Shown: positions 33,631 to 42,789 of the stretch, piece after piece
Layout of the letters: each line of letters opens with the position of its first letter
How positions within the stretch are numbered: position 1 is the first letter of the stretch
DNA from: Fonticula-like sp. SCN 57-25
Lineage: Eukaryota
Assembly: GCA_001724245.1 (NCBI GenBank)
Contig: MEDX01000025.1
Location: 1 to 43,137, forward strand
Reading direction: 5' to 3'
Length of the DNA stretch: 43,137 bases
The notes under the pieces: model-generated
What the model was told of the DNA's origin: nothing
The model's input: only the letters and a program-made list of their open reading frames with translations
Database searches by the model: none
Made by a program: the position numbers and the translations under genes

Positions 33631-34044
33631 GATGGTGGTGTCACGACCTCGATCGTTGCCGGAAAGCGGGACTTACGGGGGGCTCAGCGAGACAGCAACG
33701 CTGCAAAGAGAATAACAAGAATAGAGGTAAGTGTGAAGGACCGCTGTGAGATCACTCGTTGATCGGGGATCTGCGCGGGCGGCGGGTGGGTTGTGGGGAA
33801 CAATAATGACTTGTTGGGATGACGATGCAAACTGGCCGCAAGATTGCCGTCATAGCAGCGTCATTGTGGACGGGCATTTTCTCGACTATTTTCCGGCCCC
33901 GCGGCCCCCGTTTCACTGCAGACGCGCTTTTTCTATTTCGACATCTATTATGAGACGCGTTTACAATGGTTGTGCATGGCACAGCTCGGACCGCATGTAC
34001 ATAAGCATGCAATGTTCAATCGGAAAAGATAGACGCGGATGTGC

Positions 34045-34891
34045 TCACGTCTTGTTGGGCTTGCGGGCGCGGGGCGACGCCGAGGCGGACACCTCGGCGG
34101 ACGAGCCCTTGGCAACCTCAGAGTCGTCGGTGGTAGCCTTGGAGGGCTTGGCGGGGATCTTCGGGGCGGGCTTGGCGGGGATCTTGGGGGCGGGATTGGG
34201 CGCCGAGCGGCGAGCGAAAAAGTTGATGACGGCGCTCAGCGCGACCGAGAGGACAATGGACACGATCACGGACGCGACAAAGCCGAGGCCGATGACGACG
34301 ACCATCGGAAGGCCATACTCCTCAGTGAGGATCGTGGCAAAGCGGGTCACCTCGGAGACGATCAGGAGGAGGTAGCCGAGGGTGCGGCCGCTGCAGCACA
34401 AAAAGTACACGTGAGCGACCACTGAGAGAGGAAACGCAAACGTACAGGAACGAATAGGGCGCCAGGAAGCCCTCCCACGGCTGCACGCTCTCGTACTCCT
34501 TGTTCTCGATAAAGGTCTTGAGGGGGTCGTGCATCGGCGGCTTCTCGTAAAGGTAGGCGACGCCGTCCTTGATGTAGTACACGGTAGGGATGGCCGAGAT
34601 GAGGAAGCGCGCGGCCATGCCGACGTTGATCTCAGCGTTCACGCTCGCGAACTGGAGCGTGTTGTCCGAGCGCGACGTCGCCCACTCGGCAACGCGATCA
34701 AACTCGGGCTCAAAGCGCTTGCAGACGCTGCACCACGTAGCGTAAAAGTCGACAATCCACTCGCCATGCTCAAAGAGATCGGCGGTGCGGTCCGTGACCT
34801 CAATAACAGCGGAGGAAGAGGACGCGCCAGCCACGCTCGACGAGGCGAGCAGCAGCACGGCCACAAACGCAGCAAGCCGCTTCACCATCAT
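34045..34891 (-). CDS. Thioredoxin-related transmembrane protein (TMX1/TMX4-like); intron 34391-34445
   Basis: Signal peptide; 'EWIVDFYATWCSVCK' CxxC; 'ARFLISAIPTVYYIKDG'; C-terminal TM helix and basic tail. Confidence 0.88.
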
Positions 34892-35015
34892 GACGACGAC
34901 GATGATCCGACCCGGCGGTTACGTACAATAGAGTGCAAACTGAGAAAGTTTGCAAGGTGGGTTTGTGTCAGCAGAGCGCGGGAAACCCGAGGACCGCCGC
35001 GCCGGTCGAACGAGC

Positions 35016-36251
35016 ATGGCGTCGCTGAGGTCGCTGCGGGCGGGCCCGCTCGAAGGCATCCGCGTGCTTGACCTGTCGCGCATCCTGGCCGGCCCGTTTG
35101 CCGCGATGCTTCTTGGCGATCTCGGCGCTGACGTGATAAAGGTGGAGATCCCCGGCGTCGGGGACGACACGCGCGAGTGGGGCCCGCCGTACCTGAACGG
35201 GGCATCGAGCGGCGAGAGCGCGTACTTTGCGTGCTGCAACCGCAACAAGCGCAGCGTAACTGTAAATATGAAGGATGCGCGGGGGCTGGCCTTTATTCGG
35301 CAGCTCGCAAAGCAGTCTGATGTCGTGATTGAAAATTACCGTGTTGGCGCCCTTGACGCAATGGGCCTCGGGTACCGTGATCTTTCTGCGCTCAACCCGA
35401 ACCTGATTTACGCGTCGATCTCTGGCTTTGGCCCTGACGGCCCCGACGCCGATCGCGGCGGCTACGCGGTGATGGTTGAAGGCGAGGGCGGCCTGATGTC
35501 GCTGACCGGCCCGATCGGCGGCGCGCCCGTCAAGTGCGGCGTCGCGCTGACGGATCTGACGACGGGCATGTTTACGCAGAGCGCCGTTCTCGCAGCTCTC
35601 TTTGCGCGCACGCGTCTGCCGGCGGGCACGGCCGGCGGGCAGCACATTGACCTGAGCCTGCTCGAGACGCAAGTGGCGCTGCTTGGCAACATCGCGAGCA
35701 ACTATTTGAACGCGGGCGTTGAGGGCCGCCGGTGGGGGACTGCGCACCCGTCTATTGTGCCGTACCAGCTCTTCCCGACGGCCGACGGCCACCTGCTTGT
35801 CGGCGCGGGCAACGACCGGCAGTTCCGCCAGCTCTGCAAGGACATTCTCGGCGCGCCGCACCTGGCCGCCGACGAGCGCTTTGCAAAGAACGCCGACCGC
35901 GTTCGGCACCGCGACGAGCTGCTTGCCACCATTGGCGACATCTTTATTGCGCGCAACACCGACGAGTGGATTGCCGCACTGCGCCCGACTGGGCTTCCAT
36001 ACGCGCCCGTCAACAACATGGAGCGCGTCTTTAGCCACCCGCAGGTGCTCCACAGAAACATGGTCCTTGAGATGCCGCACCCGACAGCGGGCAAGGTGCG
36101 TATGACGGGCTTTCCGTACAAGTTTAGCGAGACGCCGGCGACGCTCAGGAGGGCACCGCCGCTGCTCGGGCAGCACACGGACGAGGTGCTTAAAGAGTGC
36201 GGGTACACTGACGAGCAGATCAGCAGCATGAGGGCCGACAAGGTCGTATGA
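35016..36251 (+). CDS. CoA-transferase family III (CaiB/BaiF; SUGCT-like), intronless
   Basis: 'PLEGIRVLDLSRILAGPF', 'LGDLGADVIKVE', 'NRNKRS', 'ALTDLTTG', 'PPLLGQHTDEVL'. Confidence 0.95.
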   Translation: MASLRSLRAGPLEGIRVLDLSRILAGPFAAMLLGDLGADVIKVEIPGVGDDTREWGPPYLNGASSGESAYFACCNRNKRSVTVNMKDARGLAFIRQLAKQSDVVIENYRVGALDAMGLGYRDLSALNPNLIYASISGFGPDGPDADRGGYAVMVEGEGGLMSLTGPIGGAPVKCGVALTDLTTGMFTQSAVLAALFARTRLPAGTAGGQHIDLSLLETQVALLGNIASNYLNAGVEGRRWGTAHPSIVPYQLFPTADGHLLVGAGNDRQFRQLCKDILGAPHLAADERFAKNADRVRHRDELLATIGDIFIARNTDEWIAALRPTGLPYAPVNNMERVFSHPQVLHRNMVLEMPHPTAGKVRMTGFPYKFSETPATLRRAPPLLGQHTDEVLKECGYTDEQISSMRADKVV

Positions 36252-36453
36252 GTGGAAAGTGGGAAACATATTGATACATTGTACAGAGCGCGTGCCATAA
36301 GCATGCGTTATCATTTTTATATATAACTTTGCTAGAATTGCATGTATTTCATAATGCGTAAAATTACACCGTCAGGGCGAGATGCGCCTATATGTTCATC
36401 ACTGGGTCGAATGTGCGGCCGTAAGCCGGCCAATGCAGAAATTATCATTGCTC

Positions 36454-36906
36454 TCATGCCTCGCTAATCTTGTGCGGCCCCGTCCAGTACTCGTCTCCGT
36501 ACGAAATGTAGAGCTCTTCTCCTGGGTGGATGTCGCGCAGCGCGACGACCTCGGCGATGAGCAGGGCGGGCCGCCTGACCCACGTCACGTTGTGCTTGGT
36601 GCGGTCGACGTGGTCGTTCAGGTAGCGCGCAATGCACGTCTTTAGCCGCCGCGCGTCTATCCACACGCCCGGCGCGAGCTCCATCGAGTACGCGTACTTG
36701 ATGTCCCAGTCGAGCCGCGACGCGTCAGCGATCGATGCCGCGTCCATGACGTCCCCATAATAGATCGCGACCGTGCTCCCCTTTGCGTGGAAGCGGCCGG
36801 CAAACACGCCGTACCCCGCGCCCTCTATCAGCGACGGGAGGACGCACAGGCCCGTCGAGCCCTGCACCGCAGGCGCGTCCACGCTCCCGCGATCGTCCGA
36901 GTCCAT
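36454..36906 (-). CDS. Small stand-alone SET-domain methyltransferase (about 150 aa)
   Basis: 'GAGYGVFA', 'YYGDV', 'IDA', 'ARYLNDH', 'ALRDIHPGEELYISYGDEYW'; no pre-SET or post-SET cysteines. Confidence 0.9.
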   Translation of the reverse strand: MDSDDRGSVDAPAVQGSTGLCVLPSLIEGAGYGVFAGRFHAKGSTVAIYYGDVMDAASIADASRLDWDIKYAYSMELAPGVWIDARRLKTCIARYLNDHVDRTKHNVTWVRRPALLIAEVVALRDIHPGEELYISYGDEYWTGPHKISEA

Positions 36907-36960
36907 GACCGCGCAATGATCCAAATGCAGAGTCAGCATTTCACTCGCGGCGACGCGACA

Positions 36961-37359
36961 ATGAGGTCGTTGACATGGGTGTCGCGGCAGCTCGGAGCTG
37001 TGCGCGTTTCGCCATCATGGTCGGCTGCGTCGCTGGTGCCTGCTCGCGGTGCCGCGCCGGACGTGATGGATGACGCGGCGGTGGAGCGCCTCGGCGCGCT
37101 GTCGTCGCTCAAGGTCGATTCCGCGGCGAGCGCGCGGCAGGTGTCGGACATGGTGCAGTTTTGCCGGCAGGTCGCCGAGGTGGAGGAAGCGCGGCGAGGC
37201 GCGGAGGCGGGAGAGTCAGCACTGCCGGAGGCGGCCATGGACGTTGAGGCGCTGGCGGATGCGCCACCGGGAGCCGAGCAGGGCTTTGACGCGCTCGCGT
37301 CCGCCCCGAGGAGGGACGGGCAGTACTTTAGGATGCCAAAGCACGACGTGCTCGGGTAA
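36961..37359 (+). CDS. Mitochondrial Glu-tRNA(Gln) amidotransferase subunit C (GatC/GatF-like)
   Basis: Presequence-like N-terminus; 'PSWSAASL', 'VERLGALSSL', 'MVQFCRQV'; C-terminal 'LASAPRRDGQYFRMP' is GatC-like. Confidence 0.72.
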   Translation: MRSLTWVSRQLGAVRVSPSWSAASLVPARGAAPDVMDDAAVERLGALSSLKVDSAASARQVSDMVQFCRQVAEVEEARRGAEAGESALPEAAMDVEALADAPPGAEQGFDALASAPRRDGQYFRMPKHDVLG

Positions 37360-37550
37360 ATACGCTCTTGTATTGCGTTGTATTAGTATCAATGAACGTT
37401 TTTGTTTTGCTATTGAAACCGATTTTGTAGACCACATACTTGCTGTAGAGCGCCATAGAACGACAATTATGTGGGCAAAAAGCGCGTATTTCAATCACGT
37501 TGCATTGGAAAAAAATGAAATAATAATACAGGTAAAAATGCAAAATGGGT

Positions 37551-38850
37551 CTATCTTCTTCTCCGCAAAAAAAGCGCATTTTTGCACTCCTCGGACCCGT
37601 CCGGGTAGTAATTGTCGTAAAAGTTGACGATGAACTGCTCTGCCTTGAACCCAAACTCCTGGTAGAGCAGCAGTGCCGGGTTTGTCGCACTTACGTGCAG
37701 CGTCACGTCCTTTGTAGAAATTGTCTGCAACAAGTGGTATATCATGAAGCGTCCGATGCCGCCGCCCCGCCAGTGCGGGTGCACGAGCACGTATGAAATG
37801 TACGCGCCCGGCGTCATGAACGCGCAGCCAATGACGAGCCGCCTGTAGCACACGACGACGGTAAACTCGGGGTGCTCGAGCGCCTCTGACATTTCGATGC
37901 CCGGCCAGAAGAAAGTGGAGAGCATGTGGTTGACCTCGGCGAGGTGCTCGGGCCGAAAGTAGCAGTAGTCGATCGGGAAGATCGTCGCGTCGCGCTCGCC
38001 CGCTCCCTTGGCGGCAAGCGGGATGGACCGCAGCAAAGCGAGGCGCGGCGCGCGACACTCAAAGTCGCGGCGAATGAACGGCTTGAGCTTGCGGTCAGTG
38101 TACGACGATCGCATCAGGCTGACTTCGGCGTGCGTTAGCGAATCAGAGGCGTCGCCGCCGCGACCGGCAAGACGCTCGGCAAACGAAAAGCGGCGCGGAA
38201 GGCCGACATTCACGGCCTCTCGACGGACGCCAACAGCGGCAGCAGCAGCGAGAACAGAGGCGGGAGTCAACGTGCTCGTCGGGTTCGGCGGAACCATGGG
38301 CATTGGGGGTTTGAGCGATCGCGCAAGCGGCTCGAGGATCTCCTGGTAGTCATTCGAGCCGAGCAGCGACTCAACCGCGCGCGCGTCAAGGTCAAACAGA
38401 GAAAGGTTCTGGGCAAGCTTCAGGCGACGGATGTATAGCTTGCGGCGGAGGCGGCGCGCGGCAGGAGTCGCCGCCGGCACCGATTCGAGCCTGAAATTTA
38501 CAAAAAGCAACAAATATCAGTAAAACAGGGCAAAAGAGAGCGTAAGGCGCGCACCTCAAAAGCAAGTTCCATTCGTCCATCGGGTCCATCAGCGCCGCCG
38601 GCTGGCCGGTGTCCGGGGCAGCCGATTGCGCTGGCCGCCGTTTTCGCTTGGGCTGGTCGTCGTTGCTTTCCGACTTGCGGCGCCTTTGCTTGGGCTTGGC
38701 GGCCGGCGGCGAAGCAACGAGCGGCTTCTGTGCGTCCTGACCCCCGTCGCTCTGTGCCTCGTGCGCGGCTTCGGCGTCAGCGACGTCGTCCATCCCCGGC
38801 GGCCCCTCGGGCGGCTCCGCCTTGATCGCGCCGGCGCTTCCCGCCATCAT
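37551..38850 (-). CDS. KAT14: KAT14/CSRP2BP (ATAC2)-like GNAT acetyltransferase; intron 38491-38554
   Basis: 'RRLRRKLYIR..LSLFDLD', 'LKPFIRRDFE', 'PIDYCYFRPEHL..VN...FFWPGI', 'VHPHWRGGGIG', 'LHVSATNPALLLYQEFGFK'. Confidence 0.88.
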
Positions 38851-38920
38851 CGCGGGTGCGGAAACGCATGCGATTTTTACTATCCACGATTGAAAAAGTC
38901 ACGGTCGACACCTCGCTGCC

Positions 38921-39749
38921 ATGTCGGTGCCGGCGGCGGGATCGTCTGATGTGTGGTCCGTTGTGCGCTCGCCAGTGCTCCTCGCGACGTCGGGGACGAT
39001 ACTGACGCTCGGCGGCCTCATTGGCCTCTTCCGCGCGTATTTGCGGTACTCGCGGCGGCTCAAGCTGATCCGCCGCGCGCGGCGCATTACATCCATGGAG
39101 GAGGCCGAGGCCGCGGCCGGGTCCGCCAGCCTGATCAAGGCCAATCTGACGGGCGTGCTCGTCAAGATGGAGGGCCATGTTGACTGCAGGTTCCCGCTCG
39201 CGTCGCCTGGGCCGCTCGTGTACGCCGCAATGATTTCTACAAAGTACAAGGGGCGGAGCGCGCCCGTCGAGACGCAGGTGCCGTGGTCGTGCGCGCTCGA
39301 CGGCGGATCCGTGTCGGTACGCGATGATCGATCGCGCGATCTGTGTGGAACTGACGGCGGCGGCTGCGTAGGTTGACACCAAGGGAGCGATGACGGATCT
39401 TGAGCAGGTCACGAACGGGCCAGAGGTCAGCGATTACGCGCTCCGGGCCGGTAGCTCGGTCTTCCTCCTCGGCATGCTCTTCCACGAGACCGACCACTTT
39501 GTCATCAAGAGCGGGTGCGCACGAACGCAGCGCAATTGTCATGTGGGACTGACAAGTGCTCTTTTTCTCGCCAGCATGACGCAGAAATTGTTCATCTCGC
39601 ACAGGCGCGAGCGCGACATCGAGCGCAGCCTGCAGAGGAGGTGGACGCTCTGGCAGCTCGGGTCGGGCGGCGTGCTCCTCTCGGGCCTCGTGCTGTGGGG
39701 AAGCGCGTTCCTCAGGGCAGACACGCGCGTGCAGCTGTGGTACAGGTAG
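38921..39749 (+). CDS. Two-TM GIDE-domain (MUL1/MAPL-like) membrane protein with no RING; introns 39317-39371 and 39515-39574
   Basis: N-terminal TM; 'VKMEGHV..PL', 'QVPWSCALD', 'ALRAGSSVFLLG', 'LFISHRRERDI'; C-terminal TM. Confidence 0.55.
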
Positions 39750-39837
39750 GCGCCAAAAGGTATACAAGAGGCGGCGAGGCAGATCGGTTTCGCTGCTTGT
39801 AAAAGTCATTTTTGGATTCGTATAAGTGATGTCGGCG

Positions 39838-39867
39838 ATGTTGTTGCTGTTGTTGTTGTTGTTATTG
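39838..39867. repeat. Imperfect (TTG)n microsatellite in a convergent 3' intergenic region
   Basis: GATGTTGTTGCTGTTGTTGTTGTTGTTATTG. Confidence 0.8.
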
Positions 39868-40149
39868 AGTTTCTTTGTTGATGTTGGCGGCCGCAGTGGC
39901 GGCGGGAAAAAGATAAGAGCGGGGAATATAGACCGCAATGTCCGTGCTGTGTGCACGCACGGCCCCGGTCCTTGGTGTACATGTGAATCAGGACGAGTTC
40001 GCAAGAGTAATAAATACGGGAAATGTGATCAAGTATGTGAACGTGAGCGAATGTGGAATAAGGGAAAGTGTATATAAACTATAAATGGCAGGAAACAACC
40101 GAAAAAAAGTAGCGAAACGACGAGGAAAGGAAGCGGCGAGCGCCAAAGA

Positions 40150-40796
40150 TCACTCGCTGTCGACCCATTTGGCCGCGAGCTTACCAAAGAATGGCATCTG
40201 GAAGCGGTCAAGTGTCTCGGCGTTGACGTACGCCTTATACCTGTGTGTGTGTATGCGTGAGAGGAGCGAAAGAAGGCGAAAGAGGCGCGCACATTAGGAG
40301 ACCGAGGAGGATCGCATCAAACACAGCCAGGATGATGCTGACGACCATCTGCCAAATAAAGACAAGGTGAAGCAACTAGTACAAAAGATAGTTAATATCA
40401 CGTATACGGCCGTGACGTGAAAGAAAAGCGAAAGAGAGGCGCGCACGATCATGATGGCAAAGATGAGGCAGCTCTGCCACGCGTGGAAACGCACATAGTC
40501 GTTCTTCTGCTCGATGATGAGGAAGATGATGCCTGCCAAAGTGTAAGAAAATGACAACAAAAAGCACAAAGCGCACCAGTGAGGGGGCCGAGAATGTATG
40601 TGAGCGCAGCAGAGTAGCCAACGCGCAGACCGAGCGATGACTCAAACTTGTTGACGCGCTCGGTGGGGGCCGCCGATGCGCCGCTCTGATGCAACTATGA
40701 ATAACAAAACACTTGATAAAGATTAATACGCACGGAATACGACGTGGACGACGCCCCGGCGTTCTCCAGGTCATCAACAGGGCGGTACAAGCTCAT
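40150..40796 (-). CDS. DUF4870/UPF0132-like small multi-pass membrane protein, 5 exons
   Basis: The spliced product reads 'NKFESSLGLRVGYSAALTYILGPLTGIIFLIIEQKNDYVRFHAWQS...YKAYVNAETLDRFQMPFFGKLAAKWVDSE'. Confidence 0.8.
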
Positions 40797-40848
40797 TTCT
40801 GCCGACAAAAGACGTGTCTTTCTTCTCGATGCTGATCGCGTTTCGTAA

Positions 40849-40869
40849 CGCAAACTGGTACGCAAACTG
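40849..40869. promoter_or_regulatory. Two CGCAAACTG copies, 12 bp apart, in the DUF4870/Exo70 bidirectional promoter
   Basis: Copies at 40849 and 40861 (reverse complement of CAGTTTGCG). Confidence 0.5.
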
Positions 40870-40937
40870 CTGAATCTGCCCCAGATTAAGGCTTTGTCGG
40901 CCCTTGAGTCTGCTCCGGATTTGTGCCTGGCGCCAGG

Positions 40938-42758
40938 ATGCCCGACGACGATGAGGCGATGCTGGCGGAGGCGCTTTTGCTCTCCCCCGAGATCCGTCAA
41001 TTAAAGGAGACGCTTCACCGCTCGGACGTTGTAGCCTCCGAGATTGTCTCTCTTTTGGAAGGATTCGAGTCCCGGCTAAGTCGCCTCGAGACGGTCGTGG
41101 CGCCGATCCATCAGCAGACCAAGGCCCTAACGACGCTGAGCGGCAATCTCGAAGGCACGGTGAGCCAGCTTTCGGTGGTTCTTTCCTACTTTCAGCTTGC
41201 CGAAATGTCGCGCTCTCTTGTGACGCAGGCGTCCGTGCGCGACAAGGCGGACGCGATCCTTGCCCAGCTTGATCGCCTTGACGAGGCCGTCGTGTTTTTG
41301 TCTTCGAGCCGGATCCAAGGCGGCGATCGCATCACTGCCCAGCTGCGTGATCTCCACCGCCAGGGCCTTGACCGCGTCAAGAGCGAGCTGCGCGTTCTGC
41401 TCGACGAGGCCGCGCCGTCCGTCGCAGATGCTATTGACCGTCTCGAGCAAGCTCGCTTTGGCCGCGGGTCGAGCGCCACGCTCACATCGCCGACCGGCGC
41501 CCCCTCCTCCCCCCGCTCGGGCTCGCGGCAAGTTTACCTCGTGGACACGGAAGCCCTTCCTCTCGTGTGCCACCTGATTGGCTACCTCGGCGAAAGCGCG
41601 TGCGAGGCGATCTTTGTGTCTGCTCGCTCCCAATTCATCGACCGCGTCGTCGCCTCGCTCACTTCCCTCGCCTTTCCCTCCGACGACACCTCGTACGAGC
41701 GCGGCACCGGTCCGTTTGTGACGTACCTTCGCCGCCTTGTGCGTCTTTTGCGCCTTGAAATGGAGCTTGTCGAGTATGTCCTTCCGAGCAACCCGAGTGC
41801 CGTCTTTGCCCGCCTTCTCGTCCCCGTCATTCAGTCGCTGTCCACCGCGTCCGACTCCTTTTCCGGCCGCGTCAAGCGCGGCGTTGTCGCGCACGAGTAC
41901 CGCGACCTTTTATCCTTGTTTGATTTATTGGCGAGCGCGCGCGAGCCTCAGCAGGACCTCGAGCGCCTGCTCACTTACTGCGGCCGCAACGAGTCTGAAA
42001 TATCAGAGCTGACCGAGCGCCTTCGCAAGGTCGCCTCTGGCGCCTTCCGCGACCTCATGGGCGACGCGCGTCGGCCTCTTAAAGCGAGCTCGCAGCCCGC
42101 CGACAGCACCGTGCACGAGACGACGAGCCACCTTGTCGGCTTTCTTCAGCGTCTCGTCACGTACCGCGGCAGCGTCGACCTCTTACTTCCGCCGCCCCAC
42201 AGCGGCGCGCTCGCCATCTACGTGCTCGACCTTCTCGACGCGCTCTGGGCCAACCTCGAGACGCTCGCGCAGGCGTACAAAAAGCCTATCCAGGCGGCCG
42301 TCTTTCTCATCAACAACTGCCACTACATGCAGCGCTTCATTCGGGACCCGCCGACGCTCGCGCTCGTCGGAAAGGACGCCGAGGCGACATACGCCGAGCG
42401 CATCGCGGCGCAGCTCGAGGACTACCAGGCGTGCTGGAAGGGCGTCATCGAAAACATTCTCGAGGTGAACGCAGGCAGGGCTGGCTCGAGCAGCAGCAGT
42501 AAAAAGGTAAAGGAAAAGCTGACGCACTTTAACCGCGAGGTGGAAGAGATGCGTTTGGTGCATCTCGCGCTGTCGGTGCCGGACCGCGAGCTGAGAAAAC
42601 AGATAAGAAGGTTGCTCGCGGGTGTTATTTGCCCGCTGTACGAGCAGTTTTACGACAGGCACGCCAAGAGCGACTTTACAAAGAACCCGGAAAAGTACTT
42701 AAAGTACCAACCGGCCGACCTCGAGGCGCTTTTAAACTCGCTCTTTGAGAGCGCATAG
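40938..42758 (+). CDS. EXOC7: Exocyst subunit Exo70, intronless
   Basis: 'LEGFESRLSRLETVVAPI', 'PADSTVHETTS', 'VFLINNCHYM', 'VKEKLTHFN', 'SVPDRELR', 'FTKNPEKYLKY'. Confidence 0.95.
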   Translation: MPDDDEAMLAEALLLSPEIRQLKETLHRSDVVASEIVSLLEGFESRLSRLETVVAPIHQQTKALTTLSGNLEGTVSQLSVVLSYFQLAEMSRSLVTQASVRDKADAILAQLDRLDEAVVFLSSSRIQGGDRITAQLRDLHRQGLDRVKSELRVLLDEAAPSVADAIDRLEQARFGRGSSATLTSPTGAPSSPRSGSRQVYLVDTEALPLVCHLIGYLGESACEAIFVSARSQFIDRVVASLTSLAFPSDDTSYERGTGPFVTYLRRLVRLLRLEMELVEYVLPSNPSAVFARLLVPVIQSLSTASDSFSGRVKRGVVAHEYRDLLSLFDLLASAREPQQDLERLLTYCGRNESEISELTERLRKVASGAFRDLMGDARRPLKASSQPADSTVHETTSHLVGFLQRLVTYRGSVDLLLPPPHSGALAIYVLDLLDALWANLETLAQAYKKPIQAAVFLINNCHYMQRFIRDPPTLALVGKDAEATYAERIAAQLEDYQACWKGVIENILEVNAGRAGSSSSSKKVKEKLTHFNREVEEMRLVHLALSVPDRELRKQIRRLLAGVICPLYEQFYDRHAKSDFTKNPEKYLKYQPADLEALLNSLFESA

Positions 42759-42789
42759 CGCAATATTACGTGTATTTCAAGTCTGTTTT

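Noticed and set aside
747..36314. Long antisense or alternate-frame ORFs (e.g. 747-1991, 17618-18700, 30042-31028, 34968-36314)
   Set aside because: They lie opposite or within well-identified genes and show no recognisable motifs. Such shadows are expected from high GC3.
36249..36330. Stop-codon readthrough to a peroxisomal PTS1 on the CoA-transferase (also checked for the 2OG oxygenase)
   Set aside because: There is no TGA-CTA context, and the extensions do not end in an SKL-like tripeptide.
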